From Chiloscyllium plagiosum (Eukaryota): DNA of 64,000 nucleotides. Numbering within the stretch: the first letter of the stretch is position 1; the number at the start of each line of letters is the position of its first letter. The notes beneath the pieces are model-generated. The model was given only the letters and a program-made list of their open reading frames with translations. It searched no databases and was not told where the DNA came from. Below are positions 13,165 to 26,047 of the stretch, one piece after another. The stretch spans positions 24,697,821 through 24,761,820 of the forward strand of contig NC_057721.1 of the NCBI RefSeq assembly GCF_004010195.1, in the 5' to 3' direction. The position numbers and the translations under genes were made by a program.

Positions 13165-14030
13165 ACCTCCCACCTCTCCAATAACTATCATAGTGTATTC
13201 TCTTTTGTTGGAGATGGTCTTTGCCTGTCATTTGTGTCACTGACACTGAATGAGGCTTCCCATGTGTCAGCCCAAGCCTGAACATTGTCCTGGATCTAGC
13301 TGCACTTGGATGTGAACTACTCTGCCATCTGAGAAATTACAAATACAAATTGTGCTGCAAATTGTGCAATCATCGGTGAATATCCCCTCTTCTGATCTTC
13401 GAATGGAAGAATCAGAATTATTAATGCTGCTAAACACAATTGAACTTAAGACTCTACCCTGAGGAACCTTTGGCATTGATGTCCTGGAGTTTAGATGACT
13501 GACCCTGAGCAATTACAGTTATGTTCCTTTGTGCTAAGTATGACTCTAACCAGTGGAGAATATTCTTCCTGATACCCATTGTCTGTAGATATGGTAGAGC
13601 TCATTGATGCCATACTCTGTCAACTATTACCTTGTTGTCACTCTCACTTCCCTCCATGAGTTCAGCTCTTTTGTCCGTGTTTGGACCAAGACTATAAGAG
13701 GTCAGAAGATGATTGGCCTTGTGAAATCTAAAATGAGTATCAGTAAGCAGTTTATTGGAGGCTGGCTTGCTTGAGGGCAGTTTTCTATTATTGCTGTGTG
13801 GATGGCAGTGTTGTCAATATACTGAAACAGCTTAGCTGGGGTTGTGGCGAGTTGCGAAGCACATGGTTAATGTACTGTTGTCGGAATGTTGTCAGTGCTC
13901 TTAGTCTTTCCTGTAACCAGTGCCTTCAGGCATTTCTTGATATTGCATGGAGTTAACTGAATTGACTGAATACTTGATGTGATGTGGGGACCTCAGGAGG
14001 AGGACAAGAAGGATTGGATAGGAACTTCCT
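13165..14030 (-). mobile_element. Old CR1-clade LINE RT remnant (different family)
   Basis: ORF 13267-13512 contains VPQGRVLS...IFTDDCTI, the RT PQG and (Y/F)ADD motifs. Confidence 0.7.
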
Positions 14031-14601
14031 AAAGGAATAGCTGCAGTGATATTGACATCAACCTACATTGACATCACCCGACTAGCTGAAAAATCTTCTT
14101 AAAGGCAAACTGTTTGGAATTCCGTCAAGCTAATGGGGTCTCACCCACGATCAGCTCACTGGTGTGTGGAGGGGCATGTTGGTGGCAGTGGAATCACATG
14201 CCTTCAAATTCTTAAGTAGCCACTTTCGGGCTTTCTCAATGATTGTTGTCCCAGGCATGACAGTTTATGCCCACTGAGAGCTGCCAGGCAGTTGCAGGCT
14301 GATATCCCATCATTATGTCAGTGATAGCAGTAATATAGTAGATTATTGTGGGATCCTGACTAAAGGTGTTTGCAGACAAGAAGGAGGAAAAAGGCTGAAT
14401 CAGCTCCGAAAAAAAAATCCATAAGCAAGATAGTATACAGTACTTGTGGTTCACAGCTAGAATCTACCCACAAGTAGAAGTTTGATGTTCTCTTTCCATC
14501 ATGTACAGTCAGTAAACATTTGGGATTATTCATCAACACTGAGAATTCATGAATCTCACACATTCATAGATGCATTTAAGGAAACTAGAAAAACATGTAA
14601 A

Positions 14602-14915
14602 GGGCGGCACAGTGGCTCAGTGGTTAGCTCTGCTGCCTCGCAGTGCCAGGAACCTGGGTTCGATTCCAGCTTCGAGTGACTGTCTGTGTGGAGTTTGCAC
14701 ATTCTCCCCGTGTCTGCTTGGTTTTCCTCCGGGTGCTCCGGTTTCCTCCCACAGTTCAAAGATGTGCAATTCGGGTGAATTGGCATGCTAAATTGCCCAT
14801 AGTGATAGGTGCATTAATAGGGAGTAGCGGAATCGGTCTAGGTGGGTTACTCTTCGGAGGGTGGGTGTGGACTTGTTGGGCTGAAGGGCCTGTTTCTGTA
14901 CTGTAAGGAATCTAA
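14602..14915 (+). mobile_element. HE1-type tRNA-derived V-SINE
   Basis: A-box tggctcagtgg, B-box ggttcgattcc, V-domain tgtggagtttgcacattctccccgtgtctgc...ttcctcccaca, CR1-like tail. Confidence 0.92.
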
Positions 14916-15806
14916 AAGAGTGGAACAGATGGTTGTATTGATAGAGTTAGTGGAGAGAAGTAGGAGGAGGCTTGAGTGGAGCATAAGCACCAGCATTATT
15001 GAGTTGGGCCAAATGATTTCTTTTAATGTTATAGCTCAATGTAACATGGAAGGACCCTGTTTGTTTCTAGTAAGTTATCTGGTAAGAAATTGAAAATTAT
15101 ACATATTTTATCTTGTTTTATACATTGTTTCCTTGATAAAGTTCAAACAAAGTCCTTAGATTGTATCCTCCATCAGGCTGATCACAGTAAGAATTAAATC
15201 AATGATGGTATTATGTTCCAAGACGATAATGCTAATGCTAAACAATGGACCTTCATTTGCTTAGCAATTATGGGCACAAAAGATATCTGTATCTAGCAGT
15301 TAATCCACACATACTCATACACCCACCTATGCTATTATTATTGGTGCATCAGATGTAATAGCACTCCAGACTAAGAGGCCAGTCACGAAATTGGCATATT
15401 AAATACCCCTTCCTCTTCAAAAATAACCTTTAATTTGATTGATGCTGAGTCAGAGATTACAAAGAGTCTATAACAAATTATTTCTGCAAAACCATGTCTG
15501 TTGTTACAGGCAGAGACCACCGTGGTGTCATAACTTTAAAATGATGCACACAATATATAGCAAAAAAAAGAAAAAGTTTAAACCTATTATACTTCAGTAC
15601 ACAGTGAATTGCTAAAAATGTTCAATCTGAATAAGAGAAAATAGTTTTTTTTTTAAAATCTCTTTACAATGATTAAATTATTGTGATTTAATTTAGTTTC
15701 AAATTGTAGTGTAAGTCTACATTCTGTTGGTCGGAATCAACTGCTTTGTAGCACAAAGGAACTGCAGAAACCTATCTTTACATCATACTGCACTTTAATG
15801 CAAACA

Positions 15807-16305
15807 TTGAAAGGGTTCAGAAAAGATTTACAAAGATCTTTCCAGGGTTGGAGGATTTGAGCTATAGGGAGAGGCTTAACAGGCTGGGGCTGTTTTCCCT
15901 GGAGTGTCGGAAGTTGAGGGGTGACCTTATAGCGGTTTACAAAATTATGAGGGGCACAGATAGGGTAAATAAGCAAAGTTTTTTTTTCCCTGGGGTCAGG
16001 GACTCCAGAACGAGAGGGCATAGGTTTAGGGTCAGAGGGGAAAGATATAAAACAGACCTACGGGGCAACTTTTCCACACAGAGGGTGGTACGTATATGGA
16101 ATGAGCTGCCAGAGGAAGTGGTGGGGGCTGGTAAAGTTGCAGCATTTAAGAGGCATTTGGATGTGTATATGAATAGGAAGGGTTTGGAGGGATAGGGGCC
16201 GGGTGCTGGCAGGTGGGACTAGATTGGGTTGGGATATCTGGTTGGCATGGACGGGTTGGACCGAAAGGTCTGTTTCCATGCTGTACATCTCTATGACTCT
16301 ATGAC
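15807..16305 (+). mobile_element. 5'-truncated CR1/HER1 LINE
   Basis: ORF MEDLSYRERLNRLGLFSLECRKLRGDLIAVYKIM...FSTQRVVRIWNELP followed by a (ctatga)n tail. Confidence 0.95.
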
Positions 16306-17045
16306 CATCTAAAGCAGAAGAGAGAACTCGTCTTGAGAGTAGACTGTGTTAAGCACAACAAAAGCGACAAGACTTGAATCATTTTGTTTACAGTGTGCAA
16401 AACATGTCGTCTAGAAATTTCTGTGCTTTCAGTCTAATTGTGAGTACAGCCACAATGCTGACCTCTGCCCAACAACTGACAAGTAATTTCTTGGTTTGTA
16501 AACTGGGACAAATCTAACCTGACAATTACCGTTCTATCAATCTACTCCTAGTCATTAGGAAAATAATGTGTTGTCAATATTTACAAACTAATACCTGGCA
16601 GCCTTGATCCAAACTGAATTCCACATGTGAGATGTGAGTGAATGCTCTTGATTTGTGGGAGTGTTGCTCAAACTATTGTAAAACAGGGAGTGAGAGTCTC
16701 ACTCCCAGTGATTGGACTCACATCTAGTACAAAACATCTTCTGGATGTTGGGTCGCAATCATCTCATCCCAGGGCAGAGTTTCATGCCCAGCTACCCTCA
16801 GCTGCTTCATTAATGACTTTCTCTCCATTATAACTCCTCCATCATGGCCTACTGCTACTCCTATATTCCTATATCAGAAGTGGGGGTGTGTCTTGGTAAT
16901 TGCAATATATTTAACTATGTTTATAATTCCATTGGTAATGAAAAATTCCCACTTGCAAGACTAGGGCGACATGCAGATTTAGGCCAATAAATAACAAATA
17001 GCATTTGTCTCTTACAAGAACCAGACACTTTTACTGCATTCTAAT

Positions 17046-17378
17046 GCACGGTGGCACAGTGGCTCAGTGGTTAGCATTGCTGCCTCACAGCGCCAGGGAC
17101 CTGGGTTTGATTCCAGTCTTGGGCGACTGTCTGTGTGGAGTTTGCACGTTCTCCCCATGACTGTGTGGGTTTCCTCCGGGCACTCCGATTTCCTCCCACA
17201 GTCCAAAGATGTGCAGGTCAGGTGGATTGGCCATGCTAAATTGCCCATGGTGTTAGGTGTATAAGTCGGAGGGAAATGGATCTGGGTGGGTTACTCTTCG
17301 GAGGGTCGGTGTGGACTTGTTGGGCCAAAGCACCTGTTTTCACACTGTAGGGAATCTAATCTATTTAGTTAATCTAAT
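17046..17378 (+). mobile_element. HE1-type V-SINE
   Basis: Same structure as 14602, with an aatct tail. Confidence 0.92.
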
Positions 17379-17632
17379 TTCTCCTGAAATTAAATGGCAT
17401 GACCATCATTAAGATTTCTACTATTATTGTTTTTGGGTCAATAGTAACCAGAAACTGAACTGGGACAACAATTTAAATGCTATATAATGGTGATTTAAGC
17501 AAGCATGAAGCTGGGGGTCTGTGGTGAGTAGCTCATGTCCTGATTTCCCAAAGCTGCTTCTCCATTTGCATGACAGAAATCACAAGTGTGATAAAGCTCT
17601 TCACTTATTTCCGTGGTTGTAGTGACTACAAC

Positions 17633-17998
17633 GGGTTGGTGACGATTCACAACGGCACATTTGCCGCTGCCGATTAGCCACTGCCGGTTCGCCACCAGCA
17701 TTTCTCCACTGGGGTCATTTGACATCTGGAGACTATTCGCCACCAGAAAGATATATATATATGTACTGATTGTTTTCCCTCCCGCCTGTTCTTTCATACT
17801 TCTCAGTCCCCTTTATTTATACAACATAGTACATATTGATAAATATAAGGTGAAAGAAGTATCATTTTATTGGTTTATACATAAAAATGAGTTACAAACA
17901 CTTGCGGTGGTGAATCATCCTCAGCGGCCAATGGACGGCAAAGCGTCCTCGGCGGTGATAGGACAGTGGCTAATCGGCAGCGGCGAATGGTCCCATCC
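17633..17998. mobile_element. Mutator-like (MULE) foldback MITE
   Basis: Inverted blocks ttgccgctgccgattagccactg (17661-17683) / cagtggctaatcggcagcggcgaa (17964-17987). Repeated TTCGCC-like modules, AT-rich centre, G-rich/C-rich ends. 10-bp degenerate TSD tgactacaac / tgattgcaac. Confidence 0.6.
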
Positions 17999-18659
17999 TG
18001 ATTGCAACATTCAGGAAGCTCCACAACATTTAGATAAAGCAGTTCACATAATTGGACATCCATCACAAGATTAAATAACTACCTTTGCCTCCTAACAGTA
18101 GCTACAAGTGTGTATTATCCACAGAGTTCAGTGGGGCAACTTGATAGACTTTTTGAACAGCATCTTTCCAATTCTCAATTTTCACAATCTAGATAAGGGC
18201 AAAATGTGCATGAAAGTGTTGTTCTACTTAAGGTTCCTCTCTGAGCAACATGGTATGATTAAAGCATATGTCATTTCTTCATGGTCACCTAAAAGGAGGT
18301 ATCTTAACGACATAGTCTTCTTCTTGATCCACAGCAATCTGTCACCACCTAAGGATAACTAGTAATGGGCAATACTAGTAATGGCCCACATGTTCAGAAT
18401 TTTTTTATTTAATTGTTTTCTTTTTGGTTCATTGTTAAACATAGGGTTCCCACTAATTTTTGCATTGGTGACCTCATTGAAAGCAATTATGGATCTCTAA
18501 TTATTTAGTTGGTGGAACTAAGCTAAAGATAGAATTGCTGGGGGAGAAAGAAACAAAGGTCACATTCTAAGAAGGCAATTGTCGTTGTTAACACTCACAC
18601 GTTATCATGTTTTCCTCATGCTGTATAACCATGATTTAAAGTTTGAGTTGCCAAACTAT

Positions 18660-19445
18660 ACACAATATATATCAAGGGTTTAGGTTGGGAAATCTAATGT
18701 AATTGTTTCCAAGCTTGTTGCACACGCAAAAATAGATGGGAGTGTGAATGGTGCAGATGATATAAAGAGATTTCATGGTGTCTTAGACAAGTTTAGTGAG
18801 TGGACAAATGTGTGGAAGATGCAATATTTTATGGAGAAATGAGAAGTTTTCCACTTTGGTAAACAGAATGGTAGAGTATTATTGAAATGGTGGTGAATTG
18901 AGAAAGGTTGACCTAGGTGACCTTATACACTAGTCATTGAAAACAAGCATACACTGCAGCAAGCAATTAGGAAGGCAGATAATGCATTGGTCTTCATTGT
19001 CAGGCCATACCTGGATTACTGTGTGCAGTTCTATTCCCCTTACCTATGAAAAGATATACATACCATGAAGAGTGCGCAGTGAATGTTCACCAGACTAATT
19101 CTTGGGATGGTAGGTCCATTGTATGAGGAGAGATTGGGGGTACTGGATCCATATTCACTGGAATTTAGAAGAATTAGATTGAAATATATCAAATCCTGAC
19201 AGGTTGAGCAGACTGGATGCAGGGATGATGTTGCTATTGGCCAGTGAATCCAGAACAAAGCGTATAGGCTCAAGGTTCACGGTAGGTGAAATTTCATTGA
19301 GTGTAACAAACCTATGGGATTTTCAATATCAAAATATCTGGATGCAAAATCATGGAATATATCTAAGAAAAGAAAAGACTAACAGAAGTTAAAAGTGTCC
19401 AGCAATATGGGGAGAAAGCAGGAGTGTGACATTAAAATAGAGAAT
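18660..19445 (+). mobile_element. Old degenerate CR1 LINE
   Basis: Remnants of the RT C-terminal region ('tggattactgtgtgcagttct', 'atgaggagagattgggg...ctggaatttagaaga'). Confidence 0.7.
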
Positions 19446-19452
19446 CAACCAT

Positions 19453-19792
19453 AACGGTTAGCACAGTGGCTCAGTTGTGAGCATTGCTGCCTCACAGTGC
19501 CAAGAACCAAGCTTTGATTCACCCTCCAGCAACACTCTGTGTGGAGTTTGCACATTTTCCCTGTATCTACATGGGTTTTCTCCAGGTGCTTTGGTTTCCT
19601 CCCATAGTCCAAAGATGTGCAGGTTAGGTAGATTGCCAATTGTAAATTGCCCGTAGTGTCCAGGGATGTATAGGTTAGATGGATTTGCCATGGAAATGTT
19701 TGGTTACAGGAATAGAGTGGGCAGAATTTCTTTTAGAGGAACAGAGTGGACTCAATGGGCTCAATGGCCTGTTTCCACACTGGGGATTCTAA
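19453..19792 (+). mobile_element. HE1-type V-SINE (older, internally duplicated variant)
   Basis: tRNA-like head, V-domain and CR1-like tail. Confidence 0.85.
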
Positions 19793-20895
19793 GAAGGAGG
19801 AGCGCTCTTAATTAACCAAATGTCATTTTCTGCTCCTATTTTCAATGTTCTAATCCTTAAGGATTTCTCTGGAGTCTCTAAGAATTGGAAATCTTGCCGG
19901 CTATTTCGGGATAAAAACAATTATCAGGGCATAAACATGTTGCATTCCTTTATGGACTTTGGATACGTTCAATTATTAATTATAAAAATATTGATGATGG
20001 AGAGAAAGGTTGTTTTGACCAGATAGGTCAGTAAGAAGTGAGAACTCATGATTAAACCTCTCAGAATATGTTCTTACAGAATTGGTAAACTTAATTGAAA
20101 GTGAGTGTATGACGCAGTTATAGCAACTATGGTGCAAAATATCCTGACACCTATCGCTACTGCCAAAACAGCAGTGGGTCACTGCTGTTGACCCCCTCAT
20201 TGGTGTTTAATCTGGTCCCAAATCCAGGTTCAGTGTCATGTGCATGATGGAGGTGACCATATCATTTCCAGCATTTGTTTTTGAGTGGAGTGGGATAGGG
20301 TGAAACAAATTTTACAGTGGTGTTCTGCTGCTGCATTTCAGGCTGTTCTGCTTGAAGAAGACTCAAAACATTACTGCTTCTAAAACTTAAATAGTCACTT
20401 TTCCAATGAAAGCTAACTATTTTGTAATCAATTACTAGACGAGACTGGTCATTGCTCCAGTTATGGTCCCATGTCTACAAGGCTCTGTCACTTAGCATGC
20501 CATTGTAATTGGTTTTGGACATACTAGACTGAAAAACTGTAAGCATGTCTGATGGTTTTGCCATGCCAGTCTAACTTCTTTTAAAGGGGGAGAAAAACTC
20601 TTTTAAAACAAAATCTGCACCAACTCCTGCAGAACATGCTGCTTTGTATAAGATTTGGAATTGGCAGAACTTTGTATAGCAGAGAGAAAGTTCGTTGCTA
20701 AGAGACTGAAAAGAAAATTACAAAATGTAAACCAGCAAAAGAAATTTCACCTTGAAAGTCTGATATTCACTGTTGCTAGTCAGGCTTTCCTGACTGTAAA
20801 GATGGAAGGTGAATCACTCTGCAAATAAAGCTTGAAGAATACTGCTGGAATAGAATAGAGGAAGAAAGAGCAATTGATTGATTTTACCAGCAGAA

Positions 20896-20918
20896 GTGTG
20901 TGTGTGTGTGTGTGTGTG
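20896..20918. repeat. (GT)n microsatellite
   Basis: About 11 GT units. Confidence 0.95.
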
Positions 20919-21059
20919 GCAGAAATGTTAAATAATTACTTTGCTTCAGACTTTGCCAGAAAGATATGATCAAGTGGGTATGATACCGAAAGAATAGATT
21001 GCCATATTTAAAATAAAAAGGCAAGCAATATTAAGTAAATGAATCAATTTCAAAGAGGA

Positions 21060-21930
21060 TAAAACCCCATTTTAAAAGAATCTAAAGCAGAGTTGCTAAT
21101 ACACGTTATTAATAATTCATGACCAAATGGTCTTGTGTCAATGGACTGGAGGAAAGCCACCTTCATACCTATATTGAGGAATGGTAATAGAAGATGCCCT
21201 GGGAAGTGATGATCAGTCACCTTAACACTGATATGAAAAATGATGAAATTCTTACTAAAGGAGGATCAGTGCCCAACCTCACTGATTCTTTGAAGAGGGC
21301 ACAAAAAGAGTAGACAAAGATAATGCTGCCAATGTAATTTCTCCAAATTTTCTAAAAGTCCTTAATAAGGTGCAATGTAATGGTATAATATTAAAAGTCA
21401 GAGTTTGTAGAGTGAGAAAACAAGAAATAGAATGGATAACTTTCTGTATGCAAGGCTGAAAACATGTGATGGTAAAGAGGAGCAGTTCTGAAAGAAAGAC
21501 GTTGGACAGTCAGGTCCCACAAGGTCACTGTTGTTCATAGTTTATATTAACAATCTTGCCCTTTGAACCAAAAAGACTGTTTCCAAATATGGGCTGGTGC
21601 AAGCATGGAGGTGATACTCAACACTGAGGCAAACTACAAGAAAATAATAAAAGAATAAATGCAGAGTAAACATGCAATTGACAGATAAATTTCAGAATAA
21701 CTGTGTGAGATATTACATTTTGGTAAGTACAATAAAGCATTCCTGGACAGTATTTGAAATATGAATTTAAGTGGAGTAGAAGTGTAAATGAAGAATAAAT
21801 TCACAACTTATTAAATTTATTTGATGAGGTCACAAAAACCAAGCCTTGTCCTTGGACTTATTTCCAGAAGCCAATTTATGCAAGAAACTTTGTTTAGACC
21901 ACATTTGGATCACTTAGCACAATCCTGCCC
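21060..21930 (+). mobile_element. Highly degenerate CR1 RT remnant
   Basis: Eroded 'gactggaggaaagcc', 'ttctttgaagag', 'gtcccacaagg' and 'agaccacatttgga' occur in CR1 order. Confidence 0.6.
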
Positions 21931-22801
21931 ATCATTTTATGGAAAACTGCTTCCACTCCACCAACTAGTCTACCTTCATCAGAAGTGTAGTTAATGAACC
22001 ACTTTGTGCATGCAAACTGAGTTTCTGCTCCAATTCCTGCAAAGCTACCATAGCTTTGCGGAAATTCCAGGACATTCCTTGTACAGTATGAATGGCAGAA
22101 GATTAATAAAATGTTTTTATGCATTCATAAATTCCTGATGTGTTGATTATTTTCCATAGAAAATGGAAGTGGAATTGAATAAATATTAACAGTGTACAAG
22201 TATTTGCAGTTATGAAGAATTATGTTCTTCTGTCTCTCAATTCACACTCCATGCCCAGTGTTATAAGAAGGAAGTTAATTTGCCAGTTAGTAAGAAGCCC
22301 CATTCATTTAATAGAAAAACACTGAAGACTATTCTTTTTCAGCTCATTTGTTGTTTTATTTCACATCTTCATGCTATTATGCTTGAATATCTTATTCAAA
22401 AAGGTGATATTCAATTCAATATGTTTATCCACACCATCCAATACTGTGGAAATTCCAATTTACTCCTGGTTGTAAGTCTTGGACAAACCCCCTTTGCTAT
22501 AAGTCAGTATGTGGTACAGCCCCAAAACCACACTAGTCACCATAGGCATAATTTTTTGCTTGTTTAAATGTTGTCAAGTGTAATTACTTTCTACTGCTAT
22601 AAACCAAATTAAGTGACTAATATGGGTAAAGGTTGTGTGACGATAAATTCCCTAAATATTTAAATTTGTGACAGTCACTAACTCATTCTTAATCCTCAGT
22701 TGAAAGTGTTGCAGAGTTCATAATTGGACATACAGCTGTGTTTATGAAAAGGCTATGCTAATGAAGCTGGCTAATGTGTGTGAAAATAAATGGTTTCACA
22801 G

Positions 22802-22991
22802 GGCCGGTGAGAGGGAGGCTGCGCTGGAAGCAGCCCTCAGATTGCTGCAGCAGTTCTATCTGGATTTGGACAAATTCCGGGCCTGGCTTACAGAAGCGGA
22901 GACCACTGCCAATGTCTTACAGGATGCCACCTATAAAGAAAGACTGTTGGATGACACCCAGCTGGTTCGACAGCTGACTAAACAATGGCAG
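22802..22991 (+). CDS. DMD: Dystrophin internal coding exon, orthologous to human DMD exon 55 (spectrin-repeat rod domain)
   Basis: Acceptor ttcacag ends at 22801 and donor CAG|gtacat starts at 22992, giving 190 bp with phase 2 to 0, the same length and phase as human exon 55. Translation (R)AGEREAALEAALRLLQQFYLDLDKFRAWLTEAETTANVLQDATYKERLLDDTQLVRQLTKQWQ closely matches human RVSEREAALEETHRLLQQFPLDLEKFLAWLTEAETTANVLQDATRKERLLEDSKGVKELMKQWQ (recalled), much better than the utrophin paralogue. Confidence 0.96.
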
Positions 22992-24765
22992 GTACATGTG
23001 ATGTTGTGTTTCTAATATATTAGCAGTTCTATCATAATAGCTTTGCTCTTGTACATATGATAGGCAATATCTAAATGTGGATTGGCAAAATGAGAATTGG
23101 TCAACTGGAGATCTTATTATTTTAATGAATTGTTGCTTAATAGCAGGATTTAAGCTCAGTAAGTTTATAGCGAAATGTTTTTAAAGTAGGACCCAAGAAG
23201 GCAGTTATCTGTCTTCAGCATCCATTGAGTTCTTTCTGTTTTCAGATGATTGAAAGAAGTTTATAAAACACATTTTTCAAAGAAGGAATTTATGGAATCC
23301 ATCTTCTTCCTATCATTCTGCAGATAGTAATACCTATTTGAGTGAAATGGATGTGTCGTTTGCTGTATAACGTGCAGTTCTCTAAGCGTGAAATCTCAGG
23401 CACAGTTCACTTATCAGGAGATCCAGTGCATCTTTGGAATTGAGATTAATAGTATTCTTTGCCTGAACAGAACTGCTTAATGCCTGCTCAAAATTGTGCC
23501 CCACACATTCCCCATTGGCCACAGATAGAAGCATGTTCTTATTTTGATTAGCCTCCAGTCTGAGGAAGGGCCAGTGACCATATTATATAGCAATAGGAAA
23601 TTTCAAAAGATTTGAGATACTTTGATAAGCACAGATTATATTACAGTAAACGTATGTTTTTAAAAGCCATTGGATTACAAAGCAAGGAAATCAAGAAGAG
23701 GAGAAAGATCACATAGACTTTGGATAAGCATGAGTTACTTCTGTTGCATGTTTATTCTCCTCTCAAGAGAGATCTGTATTGGAATATATCACCCTTAATC
23801 TGAGATTTAGAACCAGAGTCTTAATGTGTATGTTTTCAACATTCAAAGGGAAGGAAATGTTTTCAAAATGGTTTATGCATGGGAGAATAGGCATGTTTGT
23901 CTGTAATATATAGCTGCAGCTCAGACCCGTGTATTATGTTAATAAACACCTCAGACCTGTATACTATGTTGAGAAGCAGTTTATCCACTGAAGGGTCAAC
24001 ATAAAAGATTTCAAGCTCGAAGGACAATTTGTAAGTATCACAGAGGTCTTAACATAAGTCGAAAGAAAGCATGTCCGGAGTGAAAAGATCTGTAATTTAA
24101 ATGCAAGAAGATAAACCATTTTCCATGCAAGTGTTTAGGTAGTAAGCAGACAAAGATGATTGCTATGAAACTGTCCAACATTGTTTAGATAAATCGCGGG
24201 TGGGTACGACGGGAGGTTGGAGGGAGATTCAAATCATTCAATTTACACTTTAGAGCAGGTTGGCAATGTCAAGTGTAAAGGAGAAAATGATTTATAACTG
24301 GTGCAATGAAGACAGCAAAATCAAGTGAAGTGTACCAGATGTCAATCATATCCTTGAAGATAAAGTTGAGACTCTGTGACCGAATGATGCTCACTCCAAA
24401 AGGACAAGTTAGTCTGAGAATCCAATATTGCAGCATATCTGAAGATCTGAAATTTTAGATATTGGACATGAAACTGAAGCTACTCAACTGAACAGAAGCA
24501 AGTCAAAAACACAGACTGGGAACCCTAAATGCTGCAGAAGTGATTTACAGTGTTTCACAGGCAATGACAACTGATGAACAGACAAGCAAATACAAGACAG
24601 AGAGCGGCTGACTGCAGGAACAGAAAGGAATCTTGTTCATGAGGGCACAAAAGCCAAAGACTGCATTGTCAGACAAACGTTTTCAGTTAATGAATTTAAA
24701 GGAAACAGGTGTTTAAGGCAACAGTGTAAATCAGGAGAGTCAGCTGAATCAGAGAACTCATCATG

Positions 24766-25100
24766 AGCAGTATGGTGGTTCAGTGGTTAGCACTGCTGCC
24801 TCACAATGCCAGGGGCCTGGGTTCAATTCCACTCTTGCGCGACTGTTTGCATGGAGTTTGCACATTTTTTTCTGTGTCTGCATGGGTTTCTTCTGGGTGC
24901 TCTGGTTTCCTCCCACAGTCCAAACAGTGTGGGTTAGATGGATTGGCCATGCTAAATTGTCTATAGTGTCCGGGGGTATGCATGCTTGGTGGATTACCCA
25001 TAGGAAATGAAGGGGAGTGGGATGGGGTGGGAGGATCTGGGTGGAGGGTTGGTGTGGATATGATAGGCCAAATGGCCTACTTCCATACTGTCGAGATTCT
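24766..25100 (+). mobile_element. HE1-type V-SINE
   Basis: tRNA head, V-domain and tail. Confidence 0.88.
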
Positions 25101-26009
25101 AAATAATAAATATCATTCCAACCAGCAGATGTTGGAGAGAAAGCTGACAACCATCATGTGACACAAGTCCTTTTCTACCATGTGTATAAATAAACACACA
25201 AAAGTGGGACTAGCTGAAATAACAAACATTTGCAAATGTGGGACAATATATTGTTTATAACTTGGGTAACTTAAAATAGATATATTAATGCATTTTTTAA
25301 AAAAATTCCACCCCTGTCCCAGAGGCTGATTGAGACCCTTAAGTGGCCACTTCAGTTTAACCATAGTGGACACAGGAATCAGCGAGTAGGACAATTGCCT
25401 GGCAAACCATATCTGATTGTCCATGCCCTTCGGTGGTATTCTTCATGTTTGGAGCTTGATCAAGTGTCCTCGAATCAGAGTGGATGGAGCCCATACAAAA
25501 CCCTATTTTCTCCTTCATGTTGAATATCATTCCTCCCTTACACTCTGGCTTACCCTGCCCACGCCTTCATACTCCATTTCCCCCCACCTCCACCACCACC
25601 AACAAGCATTTCCCCAAGACCTCTATTCCATGTGCATTCACCTGTATTCTGGAGATACATTCATCAATCCTCAAGGTAGGCTCAATGTTATACTGACAGT
25701 GGCTGTTGCTTCAGATGGTGTCACAAGTACTGGAGATCTGCCAGTCTTTTGCCTTTTAGATTATGAGAATTCAAGAGATGAGTTACTGTGCACAGAATTC
25801 CTGGCCTCTGACGTGTTCTTGTAGTCATATTAATGATATGACTGGTCTAGTTCAGTTTCTGTTCAATGGTAGCTACTAGGATGTTGATAGTAGGGGGTTC
25901 AGCATGATAATGCCATTGAATGTCATGGTGTGTTCGTTAGATTCTGTCGGAGGAAGTCATTTCCTGGCATTTATGTGGTGTAAAGCTTGAATGTTGTCCC
26001 TGTATTTCC

Positions 26010-26047
26010 TCCTAACTGGGATCTTGATTGACATCTTCCAGGTAAGT
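26010..26047 (+). promoter_or_regulatory. Candidate recursive splice site (branch point, CAG, then GTAAGT)
   Basis: TCCTAAC at 26010-26016, an AG-free spacer, CAG at 26039-26041, immediately followed by GTAAGT. Confidence 0.35.

Larger units (their letters stand above)
1..22801 (+). other. DMD: 3' part of dystrophin intron 54
   Basis: Lies upstream of the exon-55 acceptor. No exon-54-like peptide (QLAKDLRQWQ...) recognised by eye. Confidence 0.75.

Noticed and set aside
20167-20189. 10-bp perfect hairpin aacagcagtg-ggt-cactgctgtt
   Set aside because: Short enough to arise by chance in 64 kb, with no supporting context.
22755-23015. ORF-track 86-aa protein starting MLMKLANVCENKWFH as a stand-alone gene or novel N-terminus
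   Set aside because: Homology to dystrophin begins and ends exactly at canonical splice sites. The flanking codons are intron read-through.
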